A stretch of DNA of 64,000 nt from Candidatus Rokuibacteriota bacterium (GCA_003221695.1 QHSX01000039.1:93637-157636); one strand, 5' to 3'. Shown: positions 1-9,842, counted from the first letter of the stretch. Translations and numbers: made by a program. The notes: generated by a model not told the origin, from the sequence alone.

Positions 1-71
1 AGGTCGTGCCGGTCACGCGCGAGCGGATCGCCGACCTCGTACGGCAGGGCCGGCGCTTGCTGGCGTTCTGA
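1..71 (+). CDS. 3' end of an upstream gene running off the window (ends ...ADLVRQGRRLLAF*), possibly DsrF/TusC-like
   Basis: Open frame to TGA at 69-71, overlapping the next ATG at 71; family assignment is weak. Confidence 0.25.
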   Translation, partial: VVPVTRERIADLVRQGRRLLAF

Positions 72-295
72 TGGCCATGGTCCTCCACCTGCTCAAGGGC
101 GGGGACGCCGCCCTCGCGCGAACGGTCATCGAGCAGCACGTCGGTGCCGGCGATCGTGTGACGGTCGCCCTCCTGCCCGGCGCCCCCGCGCCCGCGCTGC
201 CGCCCGGCCTGACGATTCGTCGCGTCAGCAGCGATCTCTCCTACTCCGCGCTGCTGGACCTGATCTTCGAAGCTGACCACGTCCTGACCTGGTAG
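71..295 (+). CDS. Small DsrH/TusB-like sulfur-relay protein (74 aa)
   Basis: ORF track; MVLHLL... N-terminus and ...DHVLTW C-terminus are reminiscent of the DsrH/TusB family; weak. Confidence 0.3.
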   Translation: MAMVLHLLKGGDAALARTVIEQHVGAGDRVTVALLPGAPAPALPPGLTIRRVSSDLSYSALLDLIFEADHVLTW

Positions 296-321
296 TGCAG
301 GGCCGCGAAAGCCGAGGACGC

Positions 322-525
322 TCACCGGTTCTGGACCTCGTCGAGCCACGCCATCTGGATCGCCTCGAGGATCTTCTCGTTCGACGCCCTGGGATCGTCC
401 CCGAACCCGGGGAGCTCCGTCACCCACTGGTGGAGGTCCGTGAAACGCACCGTCAACGGGTCGAGGTCGGGGAAGCGCTCGGTGAGGGCGATGGCGATGT
501 CCTCGGTGTCCCGCCACGTGATCAC
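322..525 (-). CDS. iscX: Fe-S assembly protein IscX
   Basis: 67 aa; [16 protein letters not shown]...[18 protein letters not shown] matches the IscX/YfhJ signature; last gene of the isc operon. Confidence 0.85.
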   Translation of the reverse strand: MITWRDTEDIAIALTERFPDLDPLTVRFTDLHQWVTELPGFGDDPRASNEKILEAIQMAWLDEVQNR

Positions 526-845
526 TCGGGGATCTCCACGACCACGTTGCCGCGGACGATGGCCTGGCAGCCGAGCCGCGAGCGGATCGTCAGCCCCTCG
601 GCCATGTCCAGGCGGTCCTCCTCGTCGGGCTGCATCTCCGAGAGGTTCGCCTCACCCTCCCGGACGATGATATGGCACGTCGTGCACGCGCAGCTGCCGC
701 CGCAGTTGTGCTCGAGCGGGATGTCGTGGGCGAGCGCGATGTCGAGGAGCGACCCGGGCTTGCCGTGGTCGGCGAGCGGGTACTTCGCGTCGTCGACCTC
801 TACCGTGCGGTTCAATGGCAGGAACGTGACCTTGTGTGTGGCCAT
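522..845 (-). CDS. fdx: [2Fe-2S] ferredoxin of the isc operon
   Basis: 107 aa starting [10 protein letters not shown]...; cysteine motif [11 protein letters not shown]...C; ATGA overlaps with iscX and hscA. Confidence 0.85.
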   Translation of the reverse strand: MATHKVTFLPLNRTVEVDDAKYPLADHGKPGSLLDIALAHDIPLEHNCGGSCACTTCHIIVREGEANLSEMQPDEEDRLDMAEGLTIRSRLGCQAIVRGNVVVEIPE

Positions 846-2716
846 CAGGACGTCCCCGGTGAGGCGGGATCCTCCGTCGGCTCGGCGCCCCCGGCCATGA
901 TCTCCGCCGCGCGCTTGCTGCTGAGGGCTCCCTTGAGCGCCGCGTCCATCATGACTTCCGCGAGATGCTCGGTCGCGCGATTCAGGGCGGTGGTCGTCTC
1001 GCGGATCCGCTCCCGGTCTTCGGTCGCGCGGACGCGCCGGAGCTCCCCGAGCGCCTCCCGGATGGACTCTCGCTCTTCGCCTGACACGAGCCCGCCCCCC
1101 TGGCGCAGGGCGCGCTCGACGTGGGTGATCACCGTGTCCGCCTCGTTGCGCGTCTCGATCAGGAGCCGCGCCTCGACGTCGGCCTCCGCATAGGCGAACG
1201 CCTCCTCCACCATCCGCTCGACCTCGGTCTCCGAAAGCCCGTAGGTCGGCCTCACCTCGATCGCCGCGGCTTTCCCGGTCCGGAGCTCCTTCGCCTGGGC
1301 CTGCAAGATCCCGTTGGCGTCGATGAGGAATGTGACCTCGATCTTCGGCATCCCCGCCGGCATCGGGTCGATCCCGGAGAGCTCGAAGCGCGCGAGGGAG
1401 CGGCAGTCCTTGGCGAGCTCGCGCTCGCCCTGGACCACGTGCAAGTCGACGATGGTCTGCCCGTCCACCGACGTCGTGAACATCTCGCGCGCGCTCGTCG
1501 GGATCGTCGTATTGCGTGGGATCAGCACGCTCACGATGCCGCCGAGCGTCTCGATCCCGAGCGACAGCGGCGTCACGTCGAGGAGCAGCATGCTCGTGAT
1601 CCCGCCCGCCAGGATATGCGCCTGGACCGCGGCGCCGAGGGCGACGACCTCGTCGGGATTGAGCTGGCTGTGCGGGGTCTTGCCGAACAGGTCCTCGACG
1701 CGGCGTCGAAGGAGCGGCACCCGCGTCGAGCCGCCGACCAGGACGACTTCGTCGATGTCCGAGGGAACCAGGCCGGCGTCCGCGAGCGCCACCCGGCACG
1801 GCCCCAGCGTCGAATCGACGAGCTTCCCGATCAGCCCCTCCAGCTCGACGCGCGTGATCTCGCGGTGGTAGGTGAACCCGTCGAACGGAATCGTCAGCGT
1901 CGCCCGCTCCTCTGCAGACAAGCGGATCTTGGCCGCCTCGGCGGCCAAGCGTAGCTCCTGCATCGCCTCGCTGTCGCGCCCGAGGTAGACGCCGTGCTTG
2001 GACAAGATGTCGTCGAGGAGCCACACGAGGATGGCGCGGTCGAAGTCGTCGCCCCCGAGGTGGGTATTACCGTTGGTCGCCAGGACCTCGAAGACGCCGT
2101 CCTTCACGCGCAGGATCGAGATGTCGAAGGTCCCGCCACCCAGGTCGTAGACGGCGATCACCCCCGCCTTGAGGCGGTGGAGTCCATAGGCGAGCGACGC
2201 CGCGGTCGGCTCGTTGACGATGCGCACGACGTCGAGGCCGGCGATCCGTCCCGCGTCCTTCGTCGCTTGGCGCTGGCTGTCGTTGAAGTAGGCCGGGACC
2301 GTGATGACGGCCTTCTCGATCGGCTCCCCGAAGTGCTTCTCGGCGCGCTCCTTGAGCGACCTCAGCACGATCGCGGACACCTCGGGCGGCGTCACCTCAC
2401 GATTCTCCACCTGGATCTTCACGATCCCGTCGCACGGGACGACCTTGAACGGGAGGTAGCAGAGCTCGTCCTTGATGTCCTCGTACCCTCGCCCCATGAG
2501 CCGCTTGACGGAGTAGATCGTCGTCGCCGGCCGCCGGACGAGCAGCCGCTTGGCCGCCTCGCCGACGAGCACGCCCTCGCGCGCAAACGACACCACCGAC
2601 GGCAGGAGCACGCGCCCCTCTGCGTCGGGGATCACCCGCGGGAGTCCCGTCGTCTCGTCGACGTACCCGACGAGGCTGTTCGTGGTCCCGAGGTCAATGC
2701 CGACGATTCGTGACAT
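845..2716 (-). CDS. hscA: Fe-S protein assembly chaperone HscA (Hsp70 family)
   Basis: [14 protein letters not shown]... DnaK-like ATPase signature and position in the isc operon. Confidence 0.9.
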   Translation of the reverse strand: MSRIVGIDLGTTNSLVGYVDETTGLPRVIPDAEGRVLLPSVVSFAREGVLVGEAAKRLLVRRPATTIYSVKRLMGRGYEDIKDELCYLPFKVVPCDGIVKIQVENREVTPPEVSAIVLRSLKERAEKHFGEPIEKAVITVPAYFNDSQRQATKDAGRIAGLDVVRIVNEPTAASLAYGLHRLKAGVIAVYDLGGGTFDISILRVKDGVFEVLATNGNTHLGGDDFDRAILVWLLDDILSKHGVYLGRDSEAMQELRLAAEAAKIRLSAEERATLTIPFDGFTYHREITRVELEGLIGKLVDSTLGPCRVALADAGLVPSDIDEVVLVGGSTRVPLLRRRVEDLFGKTPHSQLNPDEVVALGAAVQAHILAGGITSMLLLDVTPLSLGIETLGGIVSVLIPRNTTIPTSAREMFTTSVDGQTIVDLHVVQGERELAKDCRSLARFELSGIDPMPAGMPKIEVTFLIDANGILQAQAKELRTGKAAAIEVRPTYGLSETEVERMVEEAFAYAEADVEARLLIETRNEADTVITHVERALRQGGGLVSGEERESIREALGELRRVRATEDRERIRETTTALNRATEHLAEVMMDAALKGALSSKRAAEIMAGGAEPTEDPASPGTS

Positions 2717-3284
2717 AGCCTTCCTGGCTCTCGCCGAGGGCATCGTTCAGGTCGTCGACGACCGTGCGGAGATAGGCTCGGATCGCGAGCGATTCCTTTA
2801 TCGTCGCGAGCGCGCGCTGCCGCTCCGCGGGTCGGGAGGCGTCCCATTGCTCGCTGAGCGGCCCGACGAGCCGCGCCTCTTCGTCCCGCAACCGCGTCGC
2901 CAGGCGATCGCGCTGGGCGACGAGCGCCGCCCGGCCGGCCTCGTCGAGGCCGCCCGCCTTCGCCTCTGCCAGCGCCTCCTGGATCTCGAACATTTCCTCC
3001 AGTAGCTCGGGCGGCGCCTTGGGCTTGACCGTGGCCCCCTCCTTCGTGTCGCGGCCCTCCTCGAGGCGCACGAGGTACTCGACGCGTGCGATCGGGTCAC
3101 GGAGGGCGCGGTAGGCGGCGTTCAGCCTCGCCGAGGCCTCGAGCGCTCGCGCCTGCTCCTCGGGTGGCGCCGCCTGATGGAAGTCGGGGTGGTACCGCCG
3201 CGACAGCTCGTAGAATCTCCGCTGCAGCTCCGCCGTGTCGATGGCGAGCCGCCGTGGCAACCCGAACACCTCGAAGTGGTCCAT
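2694..3284 (-). CDS. hscB: Co-chaperone HscB (J-domain)
   Basis: MDHFEVFGLP...HPD motif (YHPDF); follows iscA; start at ATG 3284 (an alternative GTG is at 3293). Confidence 0.8.
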   Translation of the reverse strand: MDHFEVFGLPRRLAIDTAELQRRFYELSRRYHPDFHQAAPPEEQARALEASARLNAAYRALRDPIARVEYLVRLEEGRDTKEGATVKPKAPPELLEEMFEIQEALAEAKAGGLDEAGRAALVAQRDRLATRLRDEEARLVGPLSEQWDASRPAERQRALATIKESLAIRAYLRTVVDDLNDALGESQEGYVTNRRH

Positions 3285-3321
3285 CCCGCTCACGCCCTCC
3301 GGCTCACGCCGTCAAAATAAG

Positions 3322-3345
3322 AACGGGCCCTCTGCCGGGCCCGTT
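3322..3345 (-). terminator. GC-rich hairpin plus U-tract between iscA and hscB, a putative intra-operon attenuator/terminator
   Basis: AACGGGCCC-(6 nt)-GGGCCCGTT stem; followed on the minus strand by CUUAUUUUG. Confidence 0.35.
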
Positions 3346-3367
3346 TTCGGTGGTTCGACCGACCCGG

Positions 3368-3697
3368 CTACGCCGAGAACGACGTGCCGCATCCACAGCT
3401 CGACTTTGCGCTGGGGTTTTGGAACGTGAATCCCCCCGTCAACCCCTGCTGCACGTAGTCGAGTGTCGTGCCGTTGAGGTACAGGTAGCTCTTCTTGTCC
3501 ACGACGACCTTGATGCCGTCGATCTCGAACTCTTTGTCGTGCGGCCCGATCTCGCTGTCGAACTCGAGCGAGTACGAGAGCCCCGAGCATCCCCCACCCT
3601 TGACGCCCATCCTCAGGAAGACGGTGTCGGGCAAACTCTGGGCCCGCTTGAGCTCCCTCACCTGCTTGGCCGCGGCTTCGGTCAGCGCCACCGCCAT
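3368..3697 (-). CDS. iscA: Fe-S cluster A-type carrier IscA
   Basis: 109 aa from MAVALTEAAAK...; C-terminal CGCGTSF motif. Confidence 0.85.
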   Translation of the reverse strand: MAVALTEAAAKQVRELKRAQSLPDTVFLRMGVKGGGCSGLSYSLEFDSEIGPHDKEFEIDGIKVVVDKKSYLYLNGTTLDYVQQGLTGGFTFQNPSAKSSCGCGTSFSA

Positions 3698-3714
3698 ACG
3701 GCTCCCCCAGTCCT

Positions 3715-4128
3715 TTACGTCGAGGACGCGGCGGCCGCGCCCTCCTTGATCCACTTCGTCTTGTAGTCCGCCAGCGCCGCCTTGATCGCGTCCTCGGCGA
3801 GCACCGAGCAGTGGATCTTGACGGGCGGCAGCTTCAGCTCGTTCACGATGTCGGTGTTCTTGATCTTGCCAGCCTCGTCGACCGTCTTGCCCTTCAGCCA
3901 CTCGGTGGCCAGGCTCGACGACGCGATCGCGCTGCCGCACCCGAACGTCTTGAACTTCGCATCTTCGATGACCCCGGTCTGGAGGTTCACCTTGATCTGC
4001 AGCTTCATCACGTCGCCGCACTCCGGCGCGCCGACGAGGCCAGTCCCCACGCCAGGCGCGTCCTTCGCGAAGGACCCGACGTTGCGCGGGTTGTTGTAGT
4101 GATCGACGACCTTCTCGCTGTACGCCAT
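3715..4128 (-). CDS. iscU: Fe-S cluster scaffold IscU
   Basis: MAYSEKVVDHYNNPRNVGS...GAPECGDVMKLQ...FKTFGCGSAIASSS...HCSVLAEDAIKAA signature. Confidence 0.9.
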   Translation of the reverse strand: MAYSEKVVDHYNNPRNVGSFAKDAPGVGTGLVGAPECGDVMKLQIKVNLQTGVIEDAKFKTFGCGSAIASSSLATEWLKGKTVDEAGKIKNTDIVNELKLPPVKIHCSVLAEDAIKAALADYKTKWIKEGAAAASST

Positions 4129-4140
4129 CCCCGTCCCCCT

Positions 4141-5367
4141 TTACTCAGCCTTCCACTGGATGGACTTGATATCAACACCTTCCTTCGCCAGCTCGTAGAG
4201 CGGCGACATATCCCGGAGCCGCTTCACCACCTCGATCGTGCGCCTGGCGACCCACTCCACCTCCTCCTCGGTGTTGAACCGGTGGAGGCTGAACCGGATC
4301 GACGAGTGGGCCAGCTCTGAGCTCGCTCCGAGCGCGGCGATCACGTACGACGGTTCGAGGGTGGCCGACGTGCACGCCGAGCCGGACGACAGCGCGGTCT
4401 CCTTGTTGAGCCCCATCAGGACCGACTCACCCTCGACGTAGGCGAACGAGATGTTCAGGTTCTGCGGCAGACGCCGCTCCGGATCGCCGTTCAGGAACGC
4501 CTCGTCCACGCTCCCGAGGATGGCGTCTTGGAGTCTGTCGCGGAGCTTCGCGAGCCGCGCGCGCTCCTCCGGCATGACCTCCTCGCAGATCGCCGCCGCC
4601 CGCCCAAAGCCCACAACGAGCGGCACCGGCAGAGTCCCCGACCGCATCCCGCGCTCGTGCCCGCCACCGTCGATCATGGGCGCGAGCCGCACGCGCGGCC
4701 CCTTGCGCCGCACGTAGAGCGCGCCCACGCCCTTCGGGCCGTAGATCAGGTGCGCCGTGCAGGAGAGGAGGTCGATGCCCATCGCCTCGGCGTCCACCGG
4801 GATCTTGCCGACGGCCTGGGTGGCGTCCGTGTGGAAGATGATCCCCTTCTCCTTCGCGAGCTTCCCGATCGCGGCGATGTCCTGGATCGTGCCGATCTCG
4901 TTGTTCGCGAACATGACCGAGATCAGGATCGTCTTGTCCGTGATCGCCTTCCTCACCTCGTCCACGTCCACGAGACCGTTCGGCTGCACCGGGACGTACG
5001 TGACCGCGAGCCCCTGCCGCTCGAGCCGCTTGCAGGTATCGAGCCCCGCCCGTTGCTCGATCGCCGTCGTGACGATGTGGTTCCCCTTCTCGCGGTACAT
5101 CTCGGCGACGCCCTTCAACGCGAGGTTGATCGCCTCGGTCCCGCCCGACGTGAACACGACCTCCTTGGGATCACGCGCGCCGATGAGGCGCGCGACCTTC
5201 GCCCGCGCGGCGTCCACGGCGCCCTCGGCTTCCCACCCGAAGGGATGGTTCCGGCTCGCGGGATGACCGAATTTCTCGGTGAAGTAGGGCAGCATCGCCT
5301 CGACGACCCGTGGGTCGCACGGCGTCGTCGACTGCGCGTCCATGAAGATCGGGAACTTCAGGGCCAT
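4141..5367 (-). CDS. iscS: Cysteine desulfurase IscS
   Basis: PLP-dependent class V aminotransferase; SSGSACTS active-site loop; start at MALKFPIFMD (ATG 5367) inside the longer track ORF. Confidence 0.9.
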   Translation of the reverse strand: MALKFPIFMDAQSTTPCDPRVVEAMLPYFTEKFGHPASRNHPFGWEAEGAVDAARAKVARLIGARDPKEVVFTSGGTEAINLALKGVAEMYREKGNHIVTTAIEQRAGLDTCKRLERQGLAVTYVPVQPNGLVDVDEVRKAITDKTILISVMFANNEIGTIQDIAAIGKLAKEKGIIFHTDATQAVGKIPVDAEAMGIDLLSCTAHLIYGPKGVGALYVRRKGPRVRLAPMIDGGGHERGMRSGTLPVPLVVGFGRAAAICEEVMPEERARLAKLRDRLQDAILGSVDEAFLNGDPERRLPQNLNISFAYVEGESVLMGLNKETALSSGSACTSATLEPSYVIAALGASSELAHSSIRFSLHRFNTEEEVEWVARRTIEVVKRLRDMSPLYELAKEGVDIKSIQWKAE

Positions 5368-5381
5368 CGGCACGCTCCCCC

Positions 5382-5813
5382 TCACGCCCGGATCGACAAG
5401 AGTTCCGGGACGTCCTCGTTCGTCAGCTCCGCGAGACTCATCGTGTCGAGCATCTGGGTGATCGCCACCTGGAGCTTCTGGACCGGTCGGCGGAGGTTGC
5501 ACCGCGGCTCCTGCGGGCAGCCTCCGTGGTCCAAACAGCTCACGATGCTGATGGGTCCCTCGAGCGCGCGGATCACTTCGCCCACCGTGATCTTGGACGG
5601 GTGGCGCGAGAGTGCATACCCGCCCTTCGGGCCGCTCTGGCTCATGATCAGTCGCCGCTTCGCGAGGCGTTGCAGGATCTTGGCGAGGAGCTCCGGTGGA
5701 ATGCCGAACTCCTCGGCGATCCGCTTGGCGCTCACCGCCCCGACGTCGTCGTGGACGGCGATATAATGGATCGCCATCAGGCCGTAGTCGGCGCGCTTGG
5801 TGAAGCGGAGCAT
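5382..5813 (-). CDS. iscR: Rrf2-family Fe-S regulator IscR
   Basis: 143 aa; HTH followed by the three-Cys cluster ligand motif CLDHGGCPQEPRC; first gene of the operon. Confidence 0.85.
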   Translation of the reverse strand: MLRFTKRADYGLMAIHYIAVHDDVGAVSAKRIAEEFGIPPELLAKILQRLAKRRLIMSQSGPKGGYALSRHPSKITVGEVIRALEGPISIVSCLDHGGCPQEPRCNLRRPVQKLQVAITQMLDTMSLAELTNEDVPELLSIRA

Positions 5814-5900
5814 CCGGTTAACCCTCGCTCAACGGCGATGTTTTTTATCGGCGATCATTTCAGTCGTACTTTACACCAACCGGGGGGCCTGTCAAGCAAA
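5814..5900. promoter_or_regulatory. Divergent iscR / gdh promoter region containing an IscR-box-like CAGTCG half-site
   Basis: 87-nt, comparatively AT-rich intergenic region; partial match to the type-1 IscR site consensus. Confidence 0.25.
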
Positions 5901-7172
5901 ATGGCTGAGATGACGGATATATCCGAGTTCGAGTCGCCGCTCTACCGCACCGCGCTCGTTCAACTCGACCGGGTGGCAGCCCGGCTCGACCTCGAGTCTA
6001 ACATCCACGAGAGGCTCCGCCATCCCAGACGGGCCCTGGTGGTCTCGATTCCGGTCCGGATGGACGACGGGAACACCAAGGTTTTCCGGGGGTATCGAGT
6101 CCAGCACAGCACGGTGCTGGGGCCCACCAAGGGCGGCCTCCGTTACGACGCCGACGTCAACCTGGGCGAGGTCACCGCCCTGGCGATGCTCATGAGCTGG
6201 AAGTGCGCCCTGGCCGGACTCCCTTACGGCGGCGCCAAGGGAGGGGTCCGCTGCAACCCGAGAGCAATGTCGGTGACGGAGCGTGAGAACCTCACCCGTC
6301 GATACACCGTCGAGATCATGCTCGTGATCGGGCCCGACCACGACATCCCGGCCCCGGACCTCGGGACCGACGAGCAGACGATGGCGTGGATGATGGACAC
6401 CTACTCGATGACCCAGGGCAAGACCGTCCCCGGGATCGTCACCGGCAAGCCGCTCATCGTCGGCGGCTCCGCCGGGCGGCGGGAAGCCACGGGCCGGGGC
6501 ATCGTGTACGCCCTCTACCAGGCGGCGCGCCACCTCAGCCAGCCGCTCCGCGGGCAGCGCGTCGTCGTCCAGGGGTTCGGCAACGTCGGCAGCGTCGCGG
6601 CCCGCCTGCTCTGGCGTGAAGGCTGTGTGATCTCCGGCGTGGGCGACGTCAAGGGCGGCATCGTCAACCCGCACGGGATCGATATCCGCCAGCTCGAGGC
6701 TCACGTCGCCGAGGCGGGCACCGTCGCGGGGTTCCCCGGCACGGAGCCGGTCTCGAACGCCGAGCTCCTTGAGCAGCCGTGCGACATCCTGGTGCCGGCC
6801 GCGATCGGCTCCCAGATTCGCGAGGACAACGCCGACCGCATCAAGGCGACGATCGTCGCCGAGGGGGCCAACGGGCCGACGACCCCGGAGGCCGACGCGA
6901 TCCTGCGCGACCGAGGGGTGACGGTGATCCCCGACATCCTCGCGAACGCCGGCGGCGTCATCGTCTCGTACTTCGAGTGGGTCCAGGGGCTCCAGTACTA
7001 CTTCTGGCGCGAGAGCGAGATCACGACACGGCTGCAAGAGATCATGACGCGCGCCTTCAACCGCGTCTGGGCGCTCGGTGCCAAGGAAGGCACGGACCTC
7101 AGGACGGCCGCCCTCATGGAGGGCGTCCGTCGCGTTGCGGAAGGCTACCGGGTGCGGGGACTCTACCCTTAA
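5901..7172 (+). CDS. gdhA: Glutamate dehydrogenase (Glu/Leu/Phe/Val dehydrogenase family)
   Basis: 423 aa from MAEMTD...; GGAKGG and GFGNVGS motifs; the upstream part of the track ORF is 5'-leader artefact. Confidence 0.85.
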   Translation: MAEMTDISEFESPLYRTALVQLDRVAARLDLESNIHERLRHPRRALVVSIPVRMDDGNTKVFRGYRVQHSTVLGPTKGGLRYDADVNLGEVTALAMLMSWKCALAGLPYGGAKGGVRCNPRAMSVTERENLTRRYTVEIMLVIGPDHDIPAPDLGTDEQTMAWMMDTYSMTQGKTVPGIVTGKPLIVGGSAGRREATGRGIVYALYQAARHLSQPLRGQRVVVQGFGNVGSVAARLLWREGCVISGVGDVKGGIVNPHGIDIRQLEAHVAEAGTVAGFPGTEPVSNAELLEQPCDILVPAAIGSQIREDNADRIKATIVAEGANGPTTPEADAILRDRGVTVIPDILANAGGVIVSYFEWVQGLQYYFWRESEITTRLQEIMTRAFNRVWALGAKEGTDLRTAALMEGVRRVAEGYRVRGLYP

Positions 7173-8164
7173 CCAGCGTCGCGCGGCCAGGCGTCGCGGA
7201 GGCGCACGGCGGAGACCTCGGGCGGCGCCTCGTTGACGAAGATGCCGCCGACCCGGTTGGTCTGCTCCGGCTGGACGACGACCTCGAGGTGCCAGTGGTA
7301 GTCGTCGCGGATCGTCGCCCAGTCCCCCTGTAAGATTCGCGACCGGAGGTTCGGGGCCGTGTGGAGCACCATCTCGTAGCCCGGATCGCCGAGGCTCGTC
7401 GCGAGCGCGCGGAAGTAGTCCGAGAGCAGACGCGCGAGATCACGCGCGGTCTCCGCGGTCAGTCCCTCCTCGAACGAGCAGCCGTGCTGGCGCGGGAGGA
7501 TCCAGGTCTCGAGCGGGCCGCGCGCGGCGTACGGCACGAGCGCCGCGAACGTCGGCGTGAGACTCACGACGCGCTCCTCGGCGGCGATCTCCTGACGGAG
7601 CATGTCGCAGTAGAGACAGCGCCGCTTGTACTGATAGTACTCGCGCGCCTCCCGGAGCTCGCGGCGCGTCTCGTCGAACACGATCGGGATCGCGCTCACG
7701 CGCGAGTACGGATGGTGCGGCGGCACGCCGGGCTTCTTGTGGCGCCGCGAGACGAGGATGTCGCGGATCTGCCCGTCACGCTTGAGGTCCACGAGCCGGT
7801 CGCGGTACATCCACAGCACCGCCTCGAGCGCCGCGGGCGCCATCGTCGCGAGCGTGTCGTCGTGGCGCGGCGACTCGACGACGAGCTCGGAGGCGCCGCG
7901 CGGTGTGAGCATGTCGAACATCCCCACGCCCTCACGGACCAGCTCCCACTCGATCCGGAAATACGCGTCCCCCTCCGGCACGACGCGCACAGACCAGCCC
8001 CGGCCGTTCGGCGGGGAGCCGTCCTTACGGTACGCCGCGATCTCTGGACCGGTGAGGTGCTCGGCGCCGGGGCAGTAGGGACAGTCGCCCGCGGACGACC
8101 ACTTGCCCTTCGGGCGGATCAGCACCCAGTGGCCCCGCGTCGGGTCCTTCCTCAGCTCGTCCAC
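7169..8164 (-). CDS. Galactose-1-phosphate uridylyltransferase-like HIT-superfamily nucleotidyltransferase
   Basis: 331 aa; DCPYCPG zinc-type motif and GalT-like C-terminal half. Confidence 0.6.
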   Translation of the reverse strand: MDELRKDPTRGHWVLIRPKGKWSSAGDCPYCPGAEHLTGPEIAAYRKDGSPPNGRGWSVRVVPEGDAYFRIEWELVREGVGMFDMLTPRGASELVVESPRHDDTLATMAPAALEAVLWMYRDRLVDLKRDGQIRDILVSRRHKKPGVPPHHPYSRVSAIPIVFDETRRELREAREYYQYKRRCLYCDMLRQEIAAEERVVSLTPTFAALVPYAARGPLETWILPRQHGCSFEEGLTAETARDLARLLSDYFRALATSLGDPGYEMVLHTAPNLRSRILQGDWATIRDDYHWHLEVVVQPEQTNRVGGIFVNEAPPEVSAVRLRDAWPRDAG

Positions 8165-8257
8165 ACGCTTCCCCGAAACGGCGTGGCGGTCGGCGGCATC
8201 TCAACTATGATACTCATGGCCGCACGACGGCCGACACAGATTAACGCGGAGGCCGAG

Positions 8258-8500
8258 ATGAGCAGTCACGCCGTCACCGTGTATTCGAGCCCCACCTGAG
8301 GGCCCTGCAAAGCGGCGAAAGAGTTTCTTTCGTCTCAGGGGGTGCCCTTCGAGGACGTCAACGTGATGGCGAACGCCGATGCGCGCGAGGAGCTGGTCCG
8401 GCTCACCGGGCGCATGGCCGTCCCCGTGATCGTCGTCGATGGCCAGGTCGTCGTGGGCTTCGACCGGGCCAGACTGCAGGCGCTCCTGGCTACTCCTTGA
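8258..8500 (+). CDS. Glutaredoxin/NrdH-like selenoprotein (80 aa) with in-frame UGA (Sec) at 8297-8299 in the motif T-U-G-P-C
   Basis: ATG 8258 with GGAGG Shine-Dalgarno; translation MSSHAVTVYSSPT-U-GPCKAAKEFLSSQGVPFEDVNV...VPVIVVDGQVVVGFDRARLQALLATP is a complete Grx fold; Sec sits at the first Cys of the CxxC motif. Confidence 0.8.
8314..8334 (+). promoter_or_regulatory. Candidate SECIS hairpin for the Grx-like selenoprotein
   Basis: GGCGAAAGA-GUU-UCUUUCGUC, 9-bp stem starting 14 nt after the UGA. Confidence 0.5.
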
Positions 8501-9842
8501 TCTGACCCTTCAGTTTCCGGAGGTGCTGTCGGGCGACGTCCACCCAGTCCTTCTCGGACTGGAGCGGCGAGGCGAGCTGGATGTAACGCTCCCAGTGGGT
8601 GATGGCTTCCTTGGGATCGATCTTCTCGTAGACGAGGGCCATGTTGTAGAGCGCGCCGGTGTGCGCGTTGTCCACCTCGATCACGCGCTTGTACTCGTCC
8701 ACCGCCTCCTTGTACAGGCCCTTCTCCTCGTAGACCTCGCCGAGCCCCATCCGCGCCTCGACGAGCTGCGCGTCGAGCTCGATCGCCTTCTTGTAGGCGT
8801 TGACGGACTCGTAGTAGAGCCCCTTCTCCGAGTAGTAGATCTTGCCGAGGCTCAGATAGACCTTGGGGTTGACCGGGTTGAACACGAGCGCCTTCTGGTA
8901 CGCCGCGATCGCCGCGTCGGTCTCACCCTTCGCGGCGCGCGCGTCCCCCAGCCCGACGTGGGCGTCGGCATAGAAGGGTCGGAGCTCGATCGCCTTGTTG
9001 TACGCCTCGACGGCCTGGTCGAAGAGGCGCCGGGGCGCCGCGAGGAACAGGTCCCCGAGCGCCTTGAACGGCTCGGGGTACGCCGCGTCGAGCTGGGTCG
9101 ACGCACGGAATTGCGCGGCCGCCTTCCAGCGGTTGCCGAGCGCCTGGTGGACCGCCCCGAGGGTGTAGTGCGCGACGACGAAGTTGGGGTCGGCCTCGAT
9201 CGCCCGTGCAAGCAGGTCCACCGCGGTCTCGTTGCCGTCCTGGGTCCCGCGCTGGAGCGCGAGCGCGCCCCGAGCGAAGAGCTCGAACGCGCGCAGCGAC
9301 CGCGTCGGCAGCCCCGCGCGCTCGATCCGCGCGGTCTCGGCGGGCGTGACCGGGATCTTGAGGGTCCGCGCGTAGGCCATCGGCAGGCCCGCGAGCTTCA
9401 CGAGGAGCTCGCCCTCCGGCGCCACGACCGGCTCGAGCTGCACCGTCTCGACCCCCGTCGCCTTGACGTCGAAAAGCCGCGGCTGGATCACGAGCTCCGT
9501 GGACCGTCGGGTCATCGTGCCAAACAGCGCGGCGTCGGCGCGCACTGCACGCGCCGCCTGAGAGAGTGCCGCCTCGCCCCACGCCTCTGGCTGGCCGTAG
9601 GCGCGCAGGCGCGACCGCTCGATCTCAACGAACGCCGGGTGCTGCGCGAGCCCGAGCGACAGGACCTGGGCGATCGCCTCGCCGATCCACTGCTCCTCGC
9701 GGTCGAGCGCGCTCGCGTCGAAGGGCGCGATCAGGACGATGCGCGGCTTGACGCTCGGCGCCGCGTCGAGAGACAACGAGAGCACGATCAGACTCCCGAG
9801 CACCGGGACCCCGAGCCTCCACCGCCACCCGCGTCCACGCAT
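8490..9842 (-). CDS. TPR-repeat protein with signal peptide (BatC-like), last gene of the MoxR/vWA operon
   Basis: 450 aa from MRGRGWRWRLGVPVLGSLIVL...; multiple TPR units (AYNKAIELRPFYADAHVGLG...); ATGA overlap with the upstream vWA gene. Confidence 0.75.
   Translation of the reverse strand: MRGRGWRWRLGVPVLGSLIVLSLSLDAAPSVKPRIVLIAPFDASALDREEQWIGEAIAQVLSLGLAQHPAFVEIERSRLRAYGQPEAWGEAALSQAARAVRADAALFGTMTRRSTELVIQPRLFDVKATGVETVQLEPVVAPEGELLVKLAGLPMAYARTLKIPVTPAETARIERAGLPTRSLRAFELFARGALALQRGTQDGNETAVDLLARAIEADPNFVVAHYTLGAVHQALGNRWKAAAQFRASTQLDAAYPEPFKALGDLFLAAPRRLFDQAVEAYNKAIELRPFYADAHVGLGDARAAKGETDAAIAAYQKALVFNPVNPKVYLSLGKIYYSEKGLYYESVNAYKKAIELDAQLVEARMGLGEVYEEKGLYKEAVDEYKRVIEVDNAHTGALYNMALVYEKIDPKEAITHWERYIQLASPLQSEKDWVDVARQHLRKLKGQIKE

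Noticed and set aside
522-2024. Very long Arg/Gly/Pro/Asp-rich ORFs in the track (e.g. 522..2024-, 1121..1954+, 10361..14356+, 12987..14105-, 18386..18907+, 25197..26180-, 25294..26280-, 27200..29221-, 28873..32226-, 39761..41209-, 48846..51053-)
   Set aside because: They lie antisense or out of frame to genes with clear homology. Their composition is the expected codon bias of alternate frames in ~70% GC DNA; they are not genes.
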